Of a stretch of 64,000 nt of DNA, positions 1-10,377 are shown piece after piece. Under the pieces are notes generated by a model that ran no database searches, was not told where the DNA came from, and worked only from the letters and a program-made list of their open reading frames with translations. Positions within the stretch are counted from its first letter, which is position 1, and each line of letters opens with the position of its first letter. Source of the DNA: Synergistota bacterium (GTDB lineage Bacteria; Synergistota; Synergistia; Synergistales; 79-D21); assembly GCA_022839995.1 (NCBI GenBank), contig JALHIN010000008.1:120-64119 (forward strand). The letters run 5' to 3'. Position numbers and translations under genes: made by a program.

Positions 1-305
1 TGGCAAAAAGGATACGCATCAACCTAAAAGCGTTTGACCATCGCGTGCTTGACGCTTCTGCGGTCCAGATCGCCGAGACCGCTGAGCGGACAGGCGCGAA
101 GGTTTCAGGACCGATTCCGATCCCGACGGAGATCAACAAGTTCACGATCCTCAAATCTCCGCACAAGGACAAGGATGCTCGGGAGCAGTATGAAATTCGG
201 ACACACAAGCGCCTCATCGACATCGTCGACCCGACGCAGAAGACGATGGAGGCCTTAATGCAGCTGAATCTCCCTTCCGGAGTGGACATCCAAATCAAGT
301 TGTAG
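1..305 (+). CDS. rpsJ: 30S ribosomal protein S10 (uS10), 5' end cut by window edge
   Basis: Frame is open from nt 3 ([23 protein letters not shown]...). Conserved S10 core and C-terminus (THKRLIDI...[11 protein letters not shown]). First gene of S10 operon order. Confidence 0.95.
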   Translation, partial: AKRIRINLKAFDHRVLDASAVQIAETAERTGAKVSGPIPIPTEINKFTILKSPHKDKDAREQYEIRTHKRLIDIVDPTQKTMEALMQLNLPSGVDIQIKL

Positions 306-344
306 CTTTCGGGGGGAGCTCTGAGCGAAAAGGAGCTGAATCGG

Positions 345-971
345 ATGAGCATGGGAATTCTGGGACGGAAGATTGGAATGACGCAGATCTTCGACGAAGA
401 GGGAAGAGCCGTCCCCGTAACGGTTGTGGAAGCGGGACCGTGCCCGGTCCTCGCTGTCAGGACACAGGAAAAGAACGGATACACGGCGGTCGTCCTGGCC
501 TTTGGGCCGAAAAAGGCGAAAAAGGTCCCGAAGCCGATGAAGGTTGTGTTTGAGAAGGCCGGAATCGAGCCGAAAAGGTGGATCCGGGAATTCCGAATTG
601 ACGATGTTACGCCGTACCAGCCCGGAACGGACGTGAAAGCCACGATTTTCGAGGCAGGGGAATCCGTGGACGTGACCGGCGTGAGCAAGGGCAAGGGGAC
701 GGCCGGCGGAATGAAGAGGTATGGCTGGGGGGGCGGACCCGCGTCCCACGGCCAGTCGAAATGGCACCGCCGCCCCGGTTCTTCCGGAGCCCACAGCTAT
801 CCCGGGAGGGTCTTCAAGGGACACGGGAACCCAGGGCGCATGGGGAACGAGCGGGTCACGGTGAAGAACCTGAAGGTGGCAGCGATTGACGCCGAGAACA
901 ACCTGATCCTGATCAGGGGAGCCATCCCCGGGGCGCGCAACGGCCTCGTGATGGTCCGAAAGAAGCACTAG
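345..971 (+). CDS. rplC: 50S ribosomal protein L3
   Basis: MSMGILGRKIGMTQIFDEEG is the canonical uL3 N-terminus; sits after rpsJ. Confidence 0.97.
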   Translation: MSMGILGRKIGMTQIFDEEGRAVPVTVVEAGPCPVLAVRTQEKNGYTAVVLAFGPKKAKKVPKPMKVVFEKAGIEPKRWIREFRIDDVTPYQPGTDVKATIFEAGESVDVTGVSKGKGTAGGMKRYGWGGGPASHGQSKWHRRPGSSGAHSYPGRVFKGHGNPGRMGNERVTVKNLKVAAIDAENNLILIRGAIPGARNGLVMVRKKH

Positions 972-996
972 GCGGCGGAAGGAGGGGGGAAAGACC

Positions 997-1623
997 ATGC
1001 CTACCATGAAGTTGATCAATTTTGAGGGCGAAGTCGTAGGAAGCCTCGAACTTTCCGACGCCGTGTTCGGTGCGCCCATCCATGTTCCTGCGATGCACCA
1101 GGTTGTCGTTGCCCACCTGGCCAACGCACGGCAGGGGACTGCCAGCGCCAAGACACGAGGAGAAGTGAGTGGCGGGGGGCGCAAGCCCTTCAGGCAGAAG
1201 CACACCGGGAGGGCTCGAGCCGGGAGCACGCGATCCCCGTTGTGGCTAAAGGGTGGAGTCGCCCATGGACCGAAGCCGCGCGATTACAGCCAGAAGGTCA
1301 ACCGCAAGGTGAGACAGCTGGCAATGCGGAGCGCGCTTTCCCTGAAGGCGACCGAGGATCGGATGGTCATCGTGGAAAACGGCGATTTCGGAACCCACAA
1401 GACCAAGGCGATGCTGGCTTTTCTCGGAAAGATCGAAGCGAAGCGCAAGCCGCTGATGGTGATTGACGAATCGAAGGAGAACATCTACCGTTCTGCGGCA
1501 AACATCCCCGGAGCCAAGGTGATTCATGTGGACAGCCTGAACGTCTATGACATCCTGAACCATGAACACCTGATCCTGACGCGAGCTTCCGCCGAGAAAC
1601 TGCAGGAGGTGTACGGCCGATGA
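997..1623 (+). CDS. rplD: 50S ribosomal protein L4
   Basis: GGGRKPFRQKHTGRARAGS motif of uL4; operon order. Confidence 0.96.
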   Translation: MPTMKLINFEGEVVGSLELSDAVFGAPIHVPAMHQVVVAHLANARQGTASAKTRGEVSGGGRKPFRQKHTGRARAGSTRSPLWLKGGVAHGPKPRDYSQKVNRKVRQLAMRSALSLKATEDRMVIVENGDFGTHKTKAMLAFLGKIEAKRKPLMVIDESKENIYRSAANIPGAKVIHVDSLNVYDILNHEHLILTRASAEKLQEVYGR

Positions 1624-1916
1624 ACCTCGTAGCGCATGATGTGATTATCCGGCCGATCATCACGGAGAAGTCGAACCGCCAGATGGAGCACAACAAGTAC
1701 GCTTTCGAGGTCCATCCGAAGGCGAACAAGGTTTTGATCCGCCAGGCAGTCGAGGAAGTCTTCAAGGTGAAGGTCGAAAGCGTCAACACGATCAAGGTTC
1801 GCTCCAAGCCGAAACGCCTGGGCGTGTTCCTGGGGCGTTCCCGTTCTTGGAAGAAAGCCATCGTGACCCTTGCTGCGGGCGAGCGCATCAAGTTCTTCGA
1901 AGGCGCGAGCGCCTAG
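1620..1916 (+). CDS. rplW: 50S ribosomal protein L23
   Basis: 98 aa, [12 protein letters not shown]... typical uL23; 4-nt overlap with rplD stop. Confidence 0.95.
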   Translation: MNLVAHDVIIRPIITEKSNRQMEHNKYAFEVHPKANKVLIRQAVEEVFKVKVESVNTIKVRSKPKRLGVFLGRSRSWKKAIVTLAAGERIKFFEGASA

Positions 1917-1936
1917 GGTACGAGAGGAGAACGAAC

Positions 1937-2764
1937 ATGGCGATGAAAAAATTCAAACCCACAACGCCGAGTCGCCGAACGATGGCGAACTCGGACTATA
2001 CGGAAATCACGTCGACAACGCCTGAGAAGAGCCTGCTCGAGCCGCTGAAGAAGACGGCAGGCCGGAACAATACCGGGCGGGTGACGATGCGTCATCGCGG
2101 AGGCGGAAACAAGCGCCAGTACCGCAAAATCGATTTTAAGCGCGACAAGATCGGAATCCCGGGAAAAGTAGCTACGATCGAATACGATCCGAACCGCTCC
2201 GCCAGGATAGCGCTCGTTCACTACGCCGACGGGGAAAAGCGGTACATCCTTGCTCCTTCCGGCCTGGCGGTTGGCGCGCAGATCATGGCGGGCCCGGGAG
2301 CGGATATCAAGCCCGGAAATGCGCTCAAGATGATGGATATCCCGGTGGGAACCGTCGTCCACAACATTGAGCTTGAACCTGGCCGGGGAGGAGTCCTGGT
2401 CCGTTCTGCCGGATCCAGCGCACAGCTGATGGCAAAAGAGGGGAAATACGCCTACGTCAGGATGCCCAGCGGTGAGCTCCGGCTTGTCCTTCAGCAGTGC
2501 ATGGCCACGATCGGCCAAGTGGGGAACGAGGAACACGAGAACGTTGTGGATGGAAAAGCTGGAAAAACTCGCTGGCTTGGCCGCAGACCGAAGGTTCGGG
2601 GAATGGTCATGAACCCCGTTGACCATCCGATGGGCGGCGGCGAAGGGTGCAGCAAGTCGAACAAGCATCCTGTTTCTCCATGGGGAACTCCAGCCAAGGG
2701 ATACAGAACCCGCAAATCGAAGCCGTCCGACAAGATGATCGTTCGGCGTCGGTACGCGAAGTAG
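1937..2764 (+). CDS. rplB: 50S ribosomal protein L2
   Basis: ORF-track start 1847 is an upstream extension. ATG at 1937 gives [14 protein letters not shown], the canonical uL2 start, preceded by GAGAGGAGA. Confidence 0.96.
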   Translation: MAMKKFKPTTPSRRTMANSDYTEITSTTPEKSLLEPLKKTAGRNNTGRVTMRHRGGGNKRQYRKIDFKRDKIGIPGKVATIEYDPNRSARIALVHYADGEKRYILAPSGLAVGAQIMAGPGADIKPGNALKMMDIPVGTVVHNIELEPGRGGVLVRSAGSSAQLMAKEGKYAYVRMPSGELRLVLQQCMATIGQVGNEEHENVVDGKAGKTRWLGRRPKVRGMVMNPVDHPMGGGEGCSKSNKHPVSPWGTPAKGYRTRKSKPSDKMIVRRRYAK

Positions 2765-2783
2765 AGGCTGAGGAGGGAAGGAC

Positions 2784-3065
2784 ATGGCAAGGTCCACGAA
2801 GAAGGGGCCCTTTGTCGAGCTGAAGCTCCTGCACCGGGTCGAAATGATGAACGAGACGGCAAAAAAGGCAGTCATCAAGACCTGGTCGAGGCGATCGACG
2901 ATCGTGCCCGCCATGATTGGGCACACCATTGCGGTTCATAACGGAAAAACGCACATCCCCGTGTTCATCACGGAAAACATGATCGGGCACAAGCTCGGCG
3001 AGTTTGCACCGACGCGCAAGTTCGGGGGACATGCCGGGCAGGAATGCGCTTCCGGCGTGAAGTAG
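2784..3065 (+). CDS. rpsS: 30S ribosomal protein S19
   Basis: [11 protein letters not shown]... and [27 protein letters not shown] are S19 signatures. Confidence 0.97.
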   Translation: MARSTKKGPFVELKLLHRVEMMNETAKKAVIKTWSRRSTIVPAMIGHTIAVHNGKTHIPVFITENMIGHKLGEFAPTRKFGGHAGQECASGVK

Positions 3066-3080
3066 GGGGTTGAGGAAAAG

Positions 3081-3413
3081 ATGGAAGCACGAGCGATCTC
3101 AAAGGGACTGCACATCTCCCCGACGAAGCTGCGCCAAGTGCTCAGCCTGATTCGCGGGAAAAAGGCGGACGAAGCCCTCGCGATCCTGAAGTTCACCCCC
3201 AAAAAGGCGGCGCGGTACGTGGAAAAGGCATTGCAGAGCGCGTTGGCCAATGCGGACAACAACTATGGAATGGATGTTGACAAGCTTGTCGTTACCGAAG
3301 CCTTTGCCGACCGGGGAGCAGCCATGAAGCGGTTTCGCCCCGTCTCGATGGGCCGGGCTCATCCGTTCAAGCGGACGTCCAGCCACTTGACCATCGTGGT
3401 CTCGGAACGCTAA
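3081..3413 (+). CDS. rplV: 50S ribosomal protein L22
   Basis: 110 aa, ISPTKLRQVLSLIRGK... typical uL22; operon order. Confidence 0.95.
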   Translation: MEARAISKGLHISPTKLRQVLSLIRGKKADEALAILKFTPKKAARYVEKALQSALANADNNYGMDVDKLVVTEAFADRGAAMKRFRPVSMGRAHPFKRTSSHLTIVVSER

Positions 3414-3425
3414 GGAGGGGTGACC

Positions 3426-4097
3426 GTGGGTCAGAAGATTCATCCCGTGGGGATGCGGTTAGGAATCATTCGCGACTGGGAATCCAAATGGTTCGCCAGT
3501 GGCAGGAACTATGCCAAGAACCTTCACCAGGATCTCGAACTCCGGCAGTGGATCATCGATCGCTGGAAACCCGCTGGCGTTTCCAAGGTAGAGATCGAGA
3601 GAATCGGGAATGTTATCGCGTTTACGGTTTCGACCGCCCGGCCTGGGGTAGTAATCGGAAAAGGCGGGACCGAAATCCAGAAGGTTCGGGAGGAACTGCA
3701 GGCGAAAACCGGATTGCGGGTGATGATCAATGTACAAGAGATCAAGAACCCGGATATGGAAGCCTCCATACTGGCAGAAAGCGTCGCCTCTTCGTTGGAA
3801 ATGAGGGTCAGCTTCCGCCGGGCCATGAAAAAGGCGATCTTCCGCGCGATGAAATCCGGGGCCAAGGGGATCAAGGTCCAGTGCGGAGGAAGGCTTGGCG
3901 GGGCGGAAATCGCAAGGACCGAATGGTATCTTGAGGGCCAGCTCCCTCTTTCGACCCTGCGAGCCGATATCGATTACGGTTTTGCCGAGGCCAGGACGAT
4001 TTACGGAGTCATCGGCGTCAAGGTTTGGGTTTACCGTGGCGATACCGCCTACAAGGCCCGGAAAACGGCCAAAGAGGGCGCAAAGGAAAGGGGTTAA
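3426..4097 (+). CDS. rpsC: 30S ribosomal protein S3
   Basis: GQKIHPVGMRLGI... KH-domain S3. GTG at 3426 (5-6 nt after AAGGAGGGG) is preferred over the track start 3420. Confidence 0.95.
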   Translation: MGQKIHPVGMRLGIIRDWESKWFASGRNYAKNLHQDLELRQWIIDRWKPAGVSKVEIERIGNVIAFTVSTARPGVVIGKGGTEIQKVREELQAKTGLRVMINVQEIKNPDMEASILAESVASSLEMRVSFRRAMKKAIFRAMKSGAKGIKVQCGGRLGGAEIARTEWYLEGQLPLSTLRADIDYGFAEARTIYGVIGVKVWVYRGDTAYKARKTAKEGAKERG

Positions 4098-4103
4098 TGC
4101 ACC

Positions 4104-4526
4104 ATGCTTATGCCTAGCCGCGTTAAATACAGGAAACCCTTCCGAAGGCCCCTGAGTGGTCGAGCGAAGGGAGCCACCCAGGTGGATTTCGGGGATTACG
4201 GTTTGCAGGCCCTGGATTGTGCCTGGATTACCGCGAGGCAGATCGAGGCGGCGCGTGTCGCGATCTCGAGAAAAATGAAGAAGGGCGGCAAGATCTGGAT
4301 CCGGATTTTCCCGGACCGTCCCTTTACGAAAAAGCCGCTCGAAACCCGAATGGGAAAGGGAAAGGGGAATCCCGAATTCTGGGTCGCCCCGGTCAAGAGG
4401 GGGCGGATCATGTTTGAAGTTGCCGGTGTCACTCGGGAAGTTGCCGAGGAAGCCTTCCTCACGGCGGGTCACAAACTGCCGATCAGGGTCCGGTTTGTTG
4501 CCCGGGAAGGGCTGGGTGGTGAATAG
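4104..4526 (+). CDS. rplP: 50S ribosomal protein L16
   Basis: [15 protein letters not shown]... canonical uL16. Confidence 0.97.
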   Translation: MLMPSRVKYRKPFRRPLSGRAKGATQVDFGDYGLQALDCAWITARQIEAARVAISRKMKKGGKIWIRIFPDRPFTKKPLETRMGKGKGNPEFWVAPVKRGRIMFEVAGVTREVAEEAFLTAGHKLPIRVRFVAREGLGGE

Positions 4527-4529
4527 ACC

Positions 4530-4745
4530 ATGAAGGCAAAGGATTTTAGGGATCTCACTTTGGAAGAACTTCAGGACAAGCATCGTCAGTACAAGGAAGA
4601 GCTTTTCAACCTGCGTTTCCAGAGCGCCATCGGGCAGCAGGGAAACCATAGCCGAATTTCGGAAGTCAAGCGGACCATCGCAAGAATTCTCACGGTGAAG
4701 CGCGAGAAGGAAATTGCCATGGAACGCGCGACTGCAAGGAGGTAA
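4530..4745 (+). CDS. rpmC: 50S ribosomal protein L29
   Basis: 71 aa, LEELQDKHRQYKEELFNLRFQ typical uL29. Confidence 0.95.
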   Translation: MKAKDFRDLTLEELQDKHRQYKEELFNLRFQSAIGQQGNHSRISEVKRTIARILTVKREKEIAMERATARR

Positions 4746-4751
4746 CGGACG

Positions 4752-5045
4752 ATGGAGGAGAGAACCTCTCATCGGAAGACGCGGATCGGCACCGTCGTCA
4801 GCAACAGGATGCAAAAGACGATCGTTGTCCGCGTGGATCGGATGGCAAAGCACGCGCTTTATGGAAAGCCGGTGCTGAAGTTCAAGAAATACATGGCACA
4901 CGACGAAGAAAACACCTGCCGGATCGGCGACCAGGTTCTGATTGAGGAGACGCGTCCCCTGAGCGCCCATAAGCGCTGGGTGTTGAAGGAAGTCCTGCGC
5001 CGGGCCCCGATTCTCGGTGCGGAAACCGGTGACGAGGAGGCGTAG
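4752..5045 (+). CDS. rpsQ: 30S ribosomal protein S17
   Basis: [23 protein letters not shown]... typical uS17. Confidence 0.95.
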   Translation: MEERTSHRKTRIGTVVSNRMQKTIVVRVDRMAKHALYGKPVLKFKKYMAHDEENTCRIGDQVLIEETRPLSAHKRWVLKEVLRRAPILGAETGDEEA

Positions 5046-5048
5046 GCA

Positions 5049-5417
5049 ATGATCCAGCTTAGGACGGTTCTCAACGTTGCCGACAATTCCGGTGCAAAAA
5101 AGATCATGTGCGTCCATGTCGTGGGTGGCAGCCAGAGATTCGTCGGTTCCGTCGGGGACGTCATCGTTGCCTCGGTCAAGGAAGCCATCCCCAATAGCAA
5201 CATCTCGAAAGGGCAAGTGGTCAAGGCCGTGATTGTGCGGACCAGCAAGGAGATCCGGAGGAAGGATGGCTCGTACGTCCGCTTCGATGACAATGCCGCG
5301 GTCATCATCGACAACAACGGAGATCCGAAGGGGACTCGCATCTTTGGGCCCGTTGCCAGGGAGCTTCGCGAGAAGAAGTACATGCGGATCGTCTCGCTGG
5401 CACCTGAAGTAGTGTAG
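5049..5417 (+). CDS. rplN: 50S ribosomal protein L14
   Basis: [22 protein letters not shown] canonical uL14. Confidence 0.98.
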   Translation: MIQLRTVLNVADNSGAKKIMCVHVVGGSQRFVGSVGDVIVASVKEAIPNSNISKGQVVKAVIVRTSKEIRRKDGSYVRFDDNAAVIIDNNGDPKGTRIFGPVARELREKKYMRIVSLAPEVV

Positions 5418-5429
5418 GAGGCTCTTGTC

Positions 5430-5756
5430 ATGGGAAAGATGAGAATAAAGAAAGGCGATCGGGTTCACGTCATCTCCGGGAAGGATGCGGGGAAGGAAGG
5501 TAAAGTCCTCCGGAACATCCCCTCCAAGGACATGATCGTCGTCGAGGGGGTCAACCTTGCGACCAAGCACGTCCGCCCGACACAGAAAAACCCGAAGGGC
5601 GGGATCATCAAGCAGGAGACCCCGATCTACGCGGCAAAGGCCATGCTCGTTTGCCCCGCCTGCGGAAAGCCCACGCGAGTCGCCCGAGCTTTCATGGACG
5701 ATGGGCGGAAAGTGCGGCTCTGCAAGAAGTGCGGCGAAATCGTAGACAAGGTGTAG
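5430..5756 (+). CDS. rplX: 50S ribosomal protein L24 with C-terminal CxxC...CxxC zinc ribbon
   Basis: [23 protein letters not shown] motif. C-terminus is [28 protein letters not shown]. Confidence 0.95.
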   Translation: MGKMRIKKGDRVHVISGKDAGKEGKVLRNIPSKDMIVVEGVNLATKHVRPTQKNPKGGIIKQETPIYAAKAMLVCPACGKPTRVARAFMDDGRKVRLCKKCGEIVDKV

Positions 5757-5769
5757 GGAGGAGGCTTCT

Positions 5770-6318
5770 TTGACCATGGTTCCGCGTTTGCAGACAAAGT
5801 ATAAGGAAGAGGTCGTCCCGCGCCTGATGAAGGAGTTTTCCTACAAGAACGTCATGGAAACGCCGCGTATCGAGAAAGTGGTGGTGAATATCGGCGTTGG
5901 CGAGGCGAAGGTCGACATCAAGTACATGGATGCGGCCATCAACGAGTTGGCCCAGATCACAGGGCAGAGGCCCGTCTTGAAAAGGGCAAAGAAATCCGTC
6001 GCCGGGTTCAAGCTTCGTGAAGGGATGCCCGTCGCTTGTTCCGTCACCCTTCGGGGAACGAAGAAGTGGGAGTTCCTGGATCGGCTACTGTCCCTTGCCC
6101 TTCCCAGGATCAAGGACTTCCAGGGGGTTTCCCGGAAAGGATTTGACGGCCGAGGGAATTTTAACCTGGGGCTGAAAGAGCAGTTGATTTTCCCCGAGAT
6201 CGACTACGACAAGGTCATCCGTGTCCGTGGCATGAACATCACGATCGTCACGACGGCAAAAAGCGACGAAGAGGCCTACCTCCTTCTCAAGGAGTTGGGT
6301 ATGCCGTTCAGTCGTTAA
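5770..6318 (+). CDS. rplE: 50S ribosomal protein L5
   Basis: [19 protein letters not shown]...[20 protein letters not shown] canonical uL5. Confidence 0.97.
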   Translation: MTMVPRLQTKYKEEVVPRLMKEFSYKNVMETPRIEKVVVNIGVGEAKVDIKYMDAAINELAQITGQRPVLKRAKKSVAGFKLREGMPVACSVTLRGTKKWEFLDRLLSLALPRIKDFQGVSRKGFDGRGNFNLGLKEQLIFPEIDYDKVIRVRGMNITIVTTAKSDEEAYLLLKELGMPFSR

Positions 6319-6332
6319 GGAGGTTATTCAAG

Positions 6333-6518
6333 ATGTCGAGGACGGCCCTTGAAGTCAAGGCGAAGAGGGAACCGAAATTCAAGGTGCGCAAGGTGAACCG
6401 TTGCCCTCTTTGCGGGCGCGTTCATTCCGTGTTGCGCAAGTTCAACATGTGCCGTTGCTGCTTCCGCAAGCTGGCCCGTGAGGGGAAAATCCCCGGCGTG
6501 GTCAAGTCGAGCTGGTAG
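6333..6518 (+). CDS. rpsZ: 30S ribosomal protein S14, type Z (zinc-binding, 61 aa)
   Basis: 61 aa with CPLCGR...CRCCFR four-Cys motif; lies between rplE and rpsH. Confidence 0.96.
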   Translation: MSRTALEVKAKREPKFKVRKVNRCPLCGRVHSVLRKFNMCRCCFRKLAREGKIPGVVKSSW

Positions 6519-6545
6519 CCGCGAGAGCAAAAGGAGGCAGAGGAA

Positions 6546-6950
6546 ATGTACGTGACCGATCCCATAGCGGATATGCTCACGCGCATCCGGAATGCGAATA
6601 CGGTTTTCCAGGAAACCGTTGATGTCCCGATGAGCAAAATGAAGCTCGAAATCGCGAAAATCCTCAAGGAAGAGGGCTATATTCGCAATTTCAAGGTTTT
6701 GAACGACGCCAAGAAGCCGATTTCGATGCTGAGGCTGGTGTTGAACTACGGGCCCAACCGCGAGCGCGTGATCCAGGGGCTTCGCAGGATCAGCAAGCCT
6801 GGTCGTCGAATCTACGTCAACAAGAGTGATTTGCCCAAGGTCATGGGAGGGCTCGGAGTGGCTATCATTTCCACCTCGCAGGGATTGATGACGGATGCCA
6901 CAGCCCGTTTCAACGGCCTGGGAGGCGAAGTCATCTGCTACGTCTGGTAG
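6546..6950 (+). CDS. rpsH: 30S ribosomal protein S8
   Basis: [14 protein letters not shown] canonical uS8. Confidence 0.97.
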   Translation: MYVTDPIADMLTRIRNANTVFQETVDVPMSKMKLEIAKILKEEGYIRNFKVLNDAKKPISMLRLVLNYGPNRERVIQGLRRISKPGRRIYVNKSDLPKVMGGLGVAIISTSQGLMTDATARFNGLGGEVICYVW

Positions 6951-6966
6951 TGGGGGGGTGTAGTCC

Positions 6967-7509
6967 TTGTCTCGAATTGGAAGAAAAAGCATTCCGCTCT
7001 CCAAGGGCGTTCAGGTTTCAGTGGAGGGACGGCACGTCAAAGTAAAGGGACCGAAGGGCGAACTTTCGATGGACCTGCTGCCGTGCGTGGACGTATCGCT
7101 CGAGGAGGGCCAGATCGTCGTCACCCGCAAGGATGATGAAATCAAGTCCAGGGCTTTCCACGGCATGACCCGCGCGTTGCTGAACAACATGGTCGTGGGG
7201 GTTAGCGAAGGGTTCCAGAGGCAGCTGGAAATTGTCGGGGTCGGCTACAGAGCCCAGATGCAGGGGAAAACGCTCATCCTGAACCTGGGATATTCTCACC
7301 CGATCCAGGTGGAGCCGCCCGCAGGTATCGAGATCCAGACCGACGGCCCGACAAAGATCCTGATCAAGGGAGCCGATAAGCAGGCTGTAGGACAGCTCGC
7401 GGCAAACATCCGCGGCTTCCGTCCGCCCGAGCCCTACAAGGGGAAGGGGATCCGCTATGCGGGAGAGTTCATCATTCGCAAGGCCGGTAAGGCTGGATCG
7501 AAGAAGTAG
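6967..7509 (+). CDS. rplF: 50S ribosomal protein L6
   Basis: TTG start, MSRIGRKSIPL... canonical uL6. Confidence 0.96.
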   Translation: MSRIGRKSIPLSKGVQVSVEGRHVKVKGPKGELSMDLLPCVDVSLEEGQIVVTRKDDEIKSRAFHGMTRALLNNMVVGVSEGFQRQLEIVGVGYRAQMQGKTLILNLGYSHPIQVEPPAGIEIQTDGPTKILIKGADKQAVGQLAANIRGFRPPEPYKGKGIRYAGEFIIRKAGKAGSKK

Positions 7510-7524
7510 CCGAGGTGAAAGAGC

Positions 7525-7893
7525 ATGATTAGGAAGCGAAGCCGAAACGAGATGCGGTTGATCCGGCACCAGCGCCTCCGCCAAAAGCTTTCGGGGACGG
7601 CAGAAACGCCCAGGCTTTCCGTTTTCAGGAGCCTGAAGCATATTTACGCCCAGGTCATCGATGACGAAAAGGGAACCACGCTTGTGGCCGTTTCGACCCG
7701 TGAGAAGGCCGTTGCGGAACAGCTGAAGGGAACCGGGAATGTCGAAGCGGCGAAATTCGTCGGCAAGCTGGTTGCGGAGCGAGCCCTTGAAAAGGGGATC
7801 CAGGCTGTCGTATTCGACCGGGGCGGCCATATGTACCACGGTCGGGTAAAGGCCCTGGCTGATTCCGCCCGCGAGGCCGGGCTGAAGTTTTAG
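7525..7893 (+). CDS. rplR: 50S ribosomal protein L18
   Basis: [34 protein letters not shown] canonical uL18. Confidence 0.96.
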   Translation: MIRKRSRNEMRLIRHQRLRQKLSGTAETPRLSVFRSLKHIYAQVIDDEKGTTLVAVSTREKAVAEQLKGTGNVEAAKFVGKLVAERALEKGIQAVVFDRGGHMYHGRVKALADSAREAGLKF

Positions 7894-7907
7894 GAGGGGA
7901 AGGGCCG

Positions 7908-8420
7908 ATGGCAGCCAGAATGCAAAAAGCAACCGAGAACGAGCTGACCGAACGCGTCGTTTGCATAAAGAGGGTCAGCAAGGTGGTCAAAGGCGGCAAG
8001 CGATTCAAGTTCAGCGTGCTGGTGGTCGCCGGAGACGGTAACGGACAGGTCGGCGTCGGGATGGGCAAAGCCCGTGAGATTCCCGAAGCGGTGCGGAAGG
8101 GTATCGAAAAGGCAAAGAAGAGCATGGTGCCCTTGAAAAAGGTGGGTAACACCGTTGCGCACCCGATCATCGGACGCTTCGGCGCGGCGGAAGTTCTTCT
8201 CAAGCCGGCCGCGCCCGGTACGGGCGTTATCGCAGGTGCGGTTGTCCGGGCCATTATGGAGCTGGGCGGAGTGAAAGATGTGCTGACAAAAGTCATCGGA
8301 AGGACTTCCAATCCCATCAACGTGGCCTACGCGACTTTCGAAGCCCTTCGGGCAATGAGGACGCCTGAAGAGACCCTTCGGCTTCGGGGGAAGGACCGGA
8401 AGCCCGTTCAGGCAGAATAG
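7908..8420 (+). CDS. rpsE: 30S ribosomal protein S5
   Basis: [39 protein letters not shown] canonical uS5. Confidence 0.97.
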   Translation: MAARMQKATENELTERVVCIKRVSKVVKGGKRFKFSVLVVAGDGNGQVGVGMGKAREIPEAVRKGIEKAKKSMVPLKKVGNTVAHPIIGRFGAAEVLLKPAAPGTGVIAGAVVRAIMELGGVKDVLTKVIGRTSNPINVAYATFEALRAMRTPEETLRLRGKDRKPVQAE

Positions 8421-8431
8421 GAGGCCCGAAC

Positions 8432-8617
8432 ATGGCAAAACTGAGGATCACTTGGAAGCGGAGTTGCATCGGACGCCCTGACAAGCAGGAGAAGACAATC
8501 CGGGCTTTTGGGTTCAAAAAGCTGAACGATACGGTCGAGCTGGAGGATTCGCCCCAGATCCGGGGAATGATCAACGCAGTCCATCACCTAGTCGACTGGG
8601 AAGCCATCGAGAAATAG
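8432..8617 (+). CDS. rpmD: 50S ribosomal protein L30
   Basis: 61 aa, [26 protein letters not shown] typical uL30. Confidence 0.93.
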   Translation: MAKLRITWKRSCIGRPDKQEKTIRAFGFKKLNDTVELEDSPQIRGMINAVHHLVDWEAIEK

Positions 8618-8629
8618 GAGGGAGATCCC

Positions 8630-9076
8630 ATGCACCTGCACGATCTCAGTCCCGCCCCGGGATCCCGGCGTAAGCCCAAAAGGCTCGGGTGCGGAGTTGG
8701 AAGCGGAACCGGAAAGACAGCCGGAAAAGGACACAAGGGACAGAAGGCCCGAACGGGAGGAGGAGTCGGCCGTGGTTTCGAAGGCGGCCAGATGCCGATC
8801 CAGAGACGGGTTCCAAAACGGGGATTCAACAATGCCCGCCACTCCGTGACCTACGAAGTGGTCAACCTGAAGTCGCTTGAAGAACGGTTTGAAGCCGGGA
8901 CGGAAATCACTGCCGTGGAACTTCTTTCTGTCGGCCTGATCCATGGGAACAGGGACGGGGTGAAGATCCTCGCTACGGGAGAGCTGACCAAGGCATTCAA
9001 CGTCAAAGCCAGCTCTTTCAGTGCAAAAGCCGCCGAGAAAATTGCTGCTGCAGGCGGAAAGGCAGAGGTGATCTAG
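8630..9076 (+). CDS. rplO: 50S ribosomal protein L15
   Basis: [39 protein letters not shown] canonical uL15. Confidence 0.96.
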   Translation: MHLHDLSPAPGSRRKPKRLGCGVGSGTGKTAGKGHKGQKARTGGGVGRGFEGGQMPIQRRVPKRGFNNARHSVTYEVVNLKSLEERFEAGTEITAVELLSVGLIHGNRDGVKILATGELTKAFNVKASSFSAKAAEKIAAAGGKAEVI

Positions 9077-10366
9077 GTGCTCGACTCCGTCCGCAACGCG
9101 ATGCGGTTGCCTGACCTGAAACGTCGGATACTCTTCACTCTTGGCGTGCTTTTCGTCTTCCGCCTTGGAGCTCACATCCCGACGCCCGGGATCGACGGAA
9201 CCGCAATGTCGAGGTTGTTCGAACAGGGCGGGGTGCTAGGTTTCCTGGATCTTTTTGCGGGCGGGGCACTCCGGCGCTTCAGCATTTTTGCGCTCGGCGT
9301 GGGGCCCTACATCAATGCGAGCATCGTGATGCAACTCTTGGTCGTGGTGTTCCCTGCTCTGGAGAAGCTTCAGAAAGAGGGCGAGGAAGGCCGGAAGAAG
9401 ATCGTGGCCTACACTCGCTGGAGCACCGTCGCTTTCGCAGCTGTTCAGGCTCTGGGGCTCTCTTTCTGGCTGAGGGGGCTTGGAATCTTCTCGGGCACTC
9501 CGTGGGATCTGCTCCTCGTGGTGGCGACGATCACGACCGGGTCGATCGGTGTGATGTGGCTTGGGGAAATCATCTCCGACCACGGGATCGGCAACGGGAT
9601 CAGCCTCCTGATCTTTGCGGGGATCGTGGCGCGCATCCCCGAGGCGATTGTACAGACTTGGACGAGCGTCAGCTCAGGCCAGATGAATTTCCTGGCACTG
9701 CTTCTCGCGCTTGTCCTCATGGTCGCGGTTGTCGCGGGATGCATCCTGTTGCAGGAAGGGCAACGCCGTTTGCCGGTCCAGTATGCAAAGCGGGTTGTCG
9801 GAAACAAGGTCTATGGCGGACAGAGCACCTTTATCCCCTTGAGGGTCAACCAGTCAGGGGTCATTCCGATCATCTTCGCTTCGTCGGTTCTGCTGCTTCC
9901 CTACACGATCGCCCGTTTCTTCCCGGGGAACGTCGGGGCTTTCATCCAGAGGACCTTTTCACCGAACAGCCTCGTTTACATGGTGCTGTACGTGGCGTTG
10001 ATCATCTTCTTCGCCTACTTCTACACGGCGGTCGTCTTCAATCCGGCTGACGTGGCAAACAACATGAAGAAATACGGCGGGTTTATCCTTGGGATCCGTC
10101 CTGGAAAGCCGACCTCGGATTACATCGAAAAGGTGATGACGCGGATCACGCTCGCCGGGGCGATTTTCCTCTCCCTGATTGCCCTGCTGCCGAACCTGAT
10201 GACTCAAGTCATGGGGATCAACACGTTCTATTTCGGGGGGACGGCGATCCTGATCGTAGTCGGCGTGGCCTTGGACACCGTTCAGCAGATCGAGGGACAG
10301 CTCCTGATGCGCCATTACGAGGGCATCCTGAAGCGCCGAGATAGGGCCGGACTGTTCAAGATGTGA
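9077..10366 (+). CDS. secY: preprotein translocase subunit SecY
   Basis: 429 aa polytopic membrane protein, LKRRILFTLGVLFVFRLGAHIPTPGID; sits after rplO. Confidence 0.97.
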   Translation: MLDSVRNAMRLPDLKRRILFTLGVLFVFRLGAHIPTPGIDGTAMSRLFEQGGVLGFLDLFAGGALRRFSIFALGVGPYINASIVMQLLVVVFPALEKLQKEGEEGRKKIVAYTRWSTVAFAAVQALGLSFWLRGLGIFSGTPWDLLLVVATITTGSIGVMWLGEIISDHGIGNGISLLIFAGIVARIPEAIVQTWTSVSSGQMNFLALLLALVLMVAVVAGCILLQEGQRRLPVQYAKRVVGNKVYGGQSTFIPLRVNQSGVIPIIFASSVLLLPYTIARFFPGNVGAFIQRTFSPNSLVYMVLYVALIIFFAYFYTAVVFNPADVANNMKKYGGFILGIRPGKPTSDYIEKVMTRITLAGAIFLSLIALLPNLMTQVMGINTFYFGGTAILIVVGVALDTVQQIEGQLLMRHYEGILKRRDRAGLFKM

Positions 10367-10377
10367 GGTTGAACGGC

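Noticed and set aside
3459-5777. 772-aa open reading frame on the minus strand spanning rpsC to rplX
   Set aside because: It lies entirely antisense to eight highly conserved ribosomal protein genes. The translation is low-complexity (R/P/G/D/L-rich) with no recognisable domain. Long stop-free antisense frames are expected in GC-rich coding DNA.
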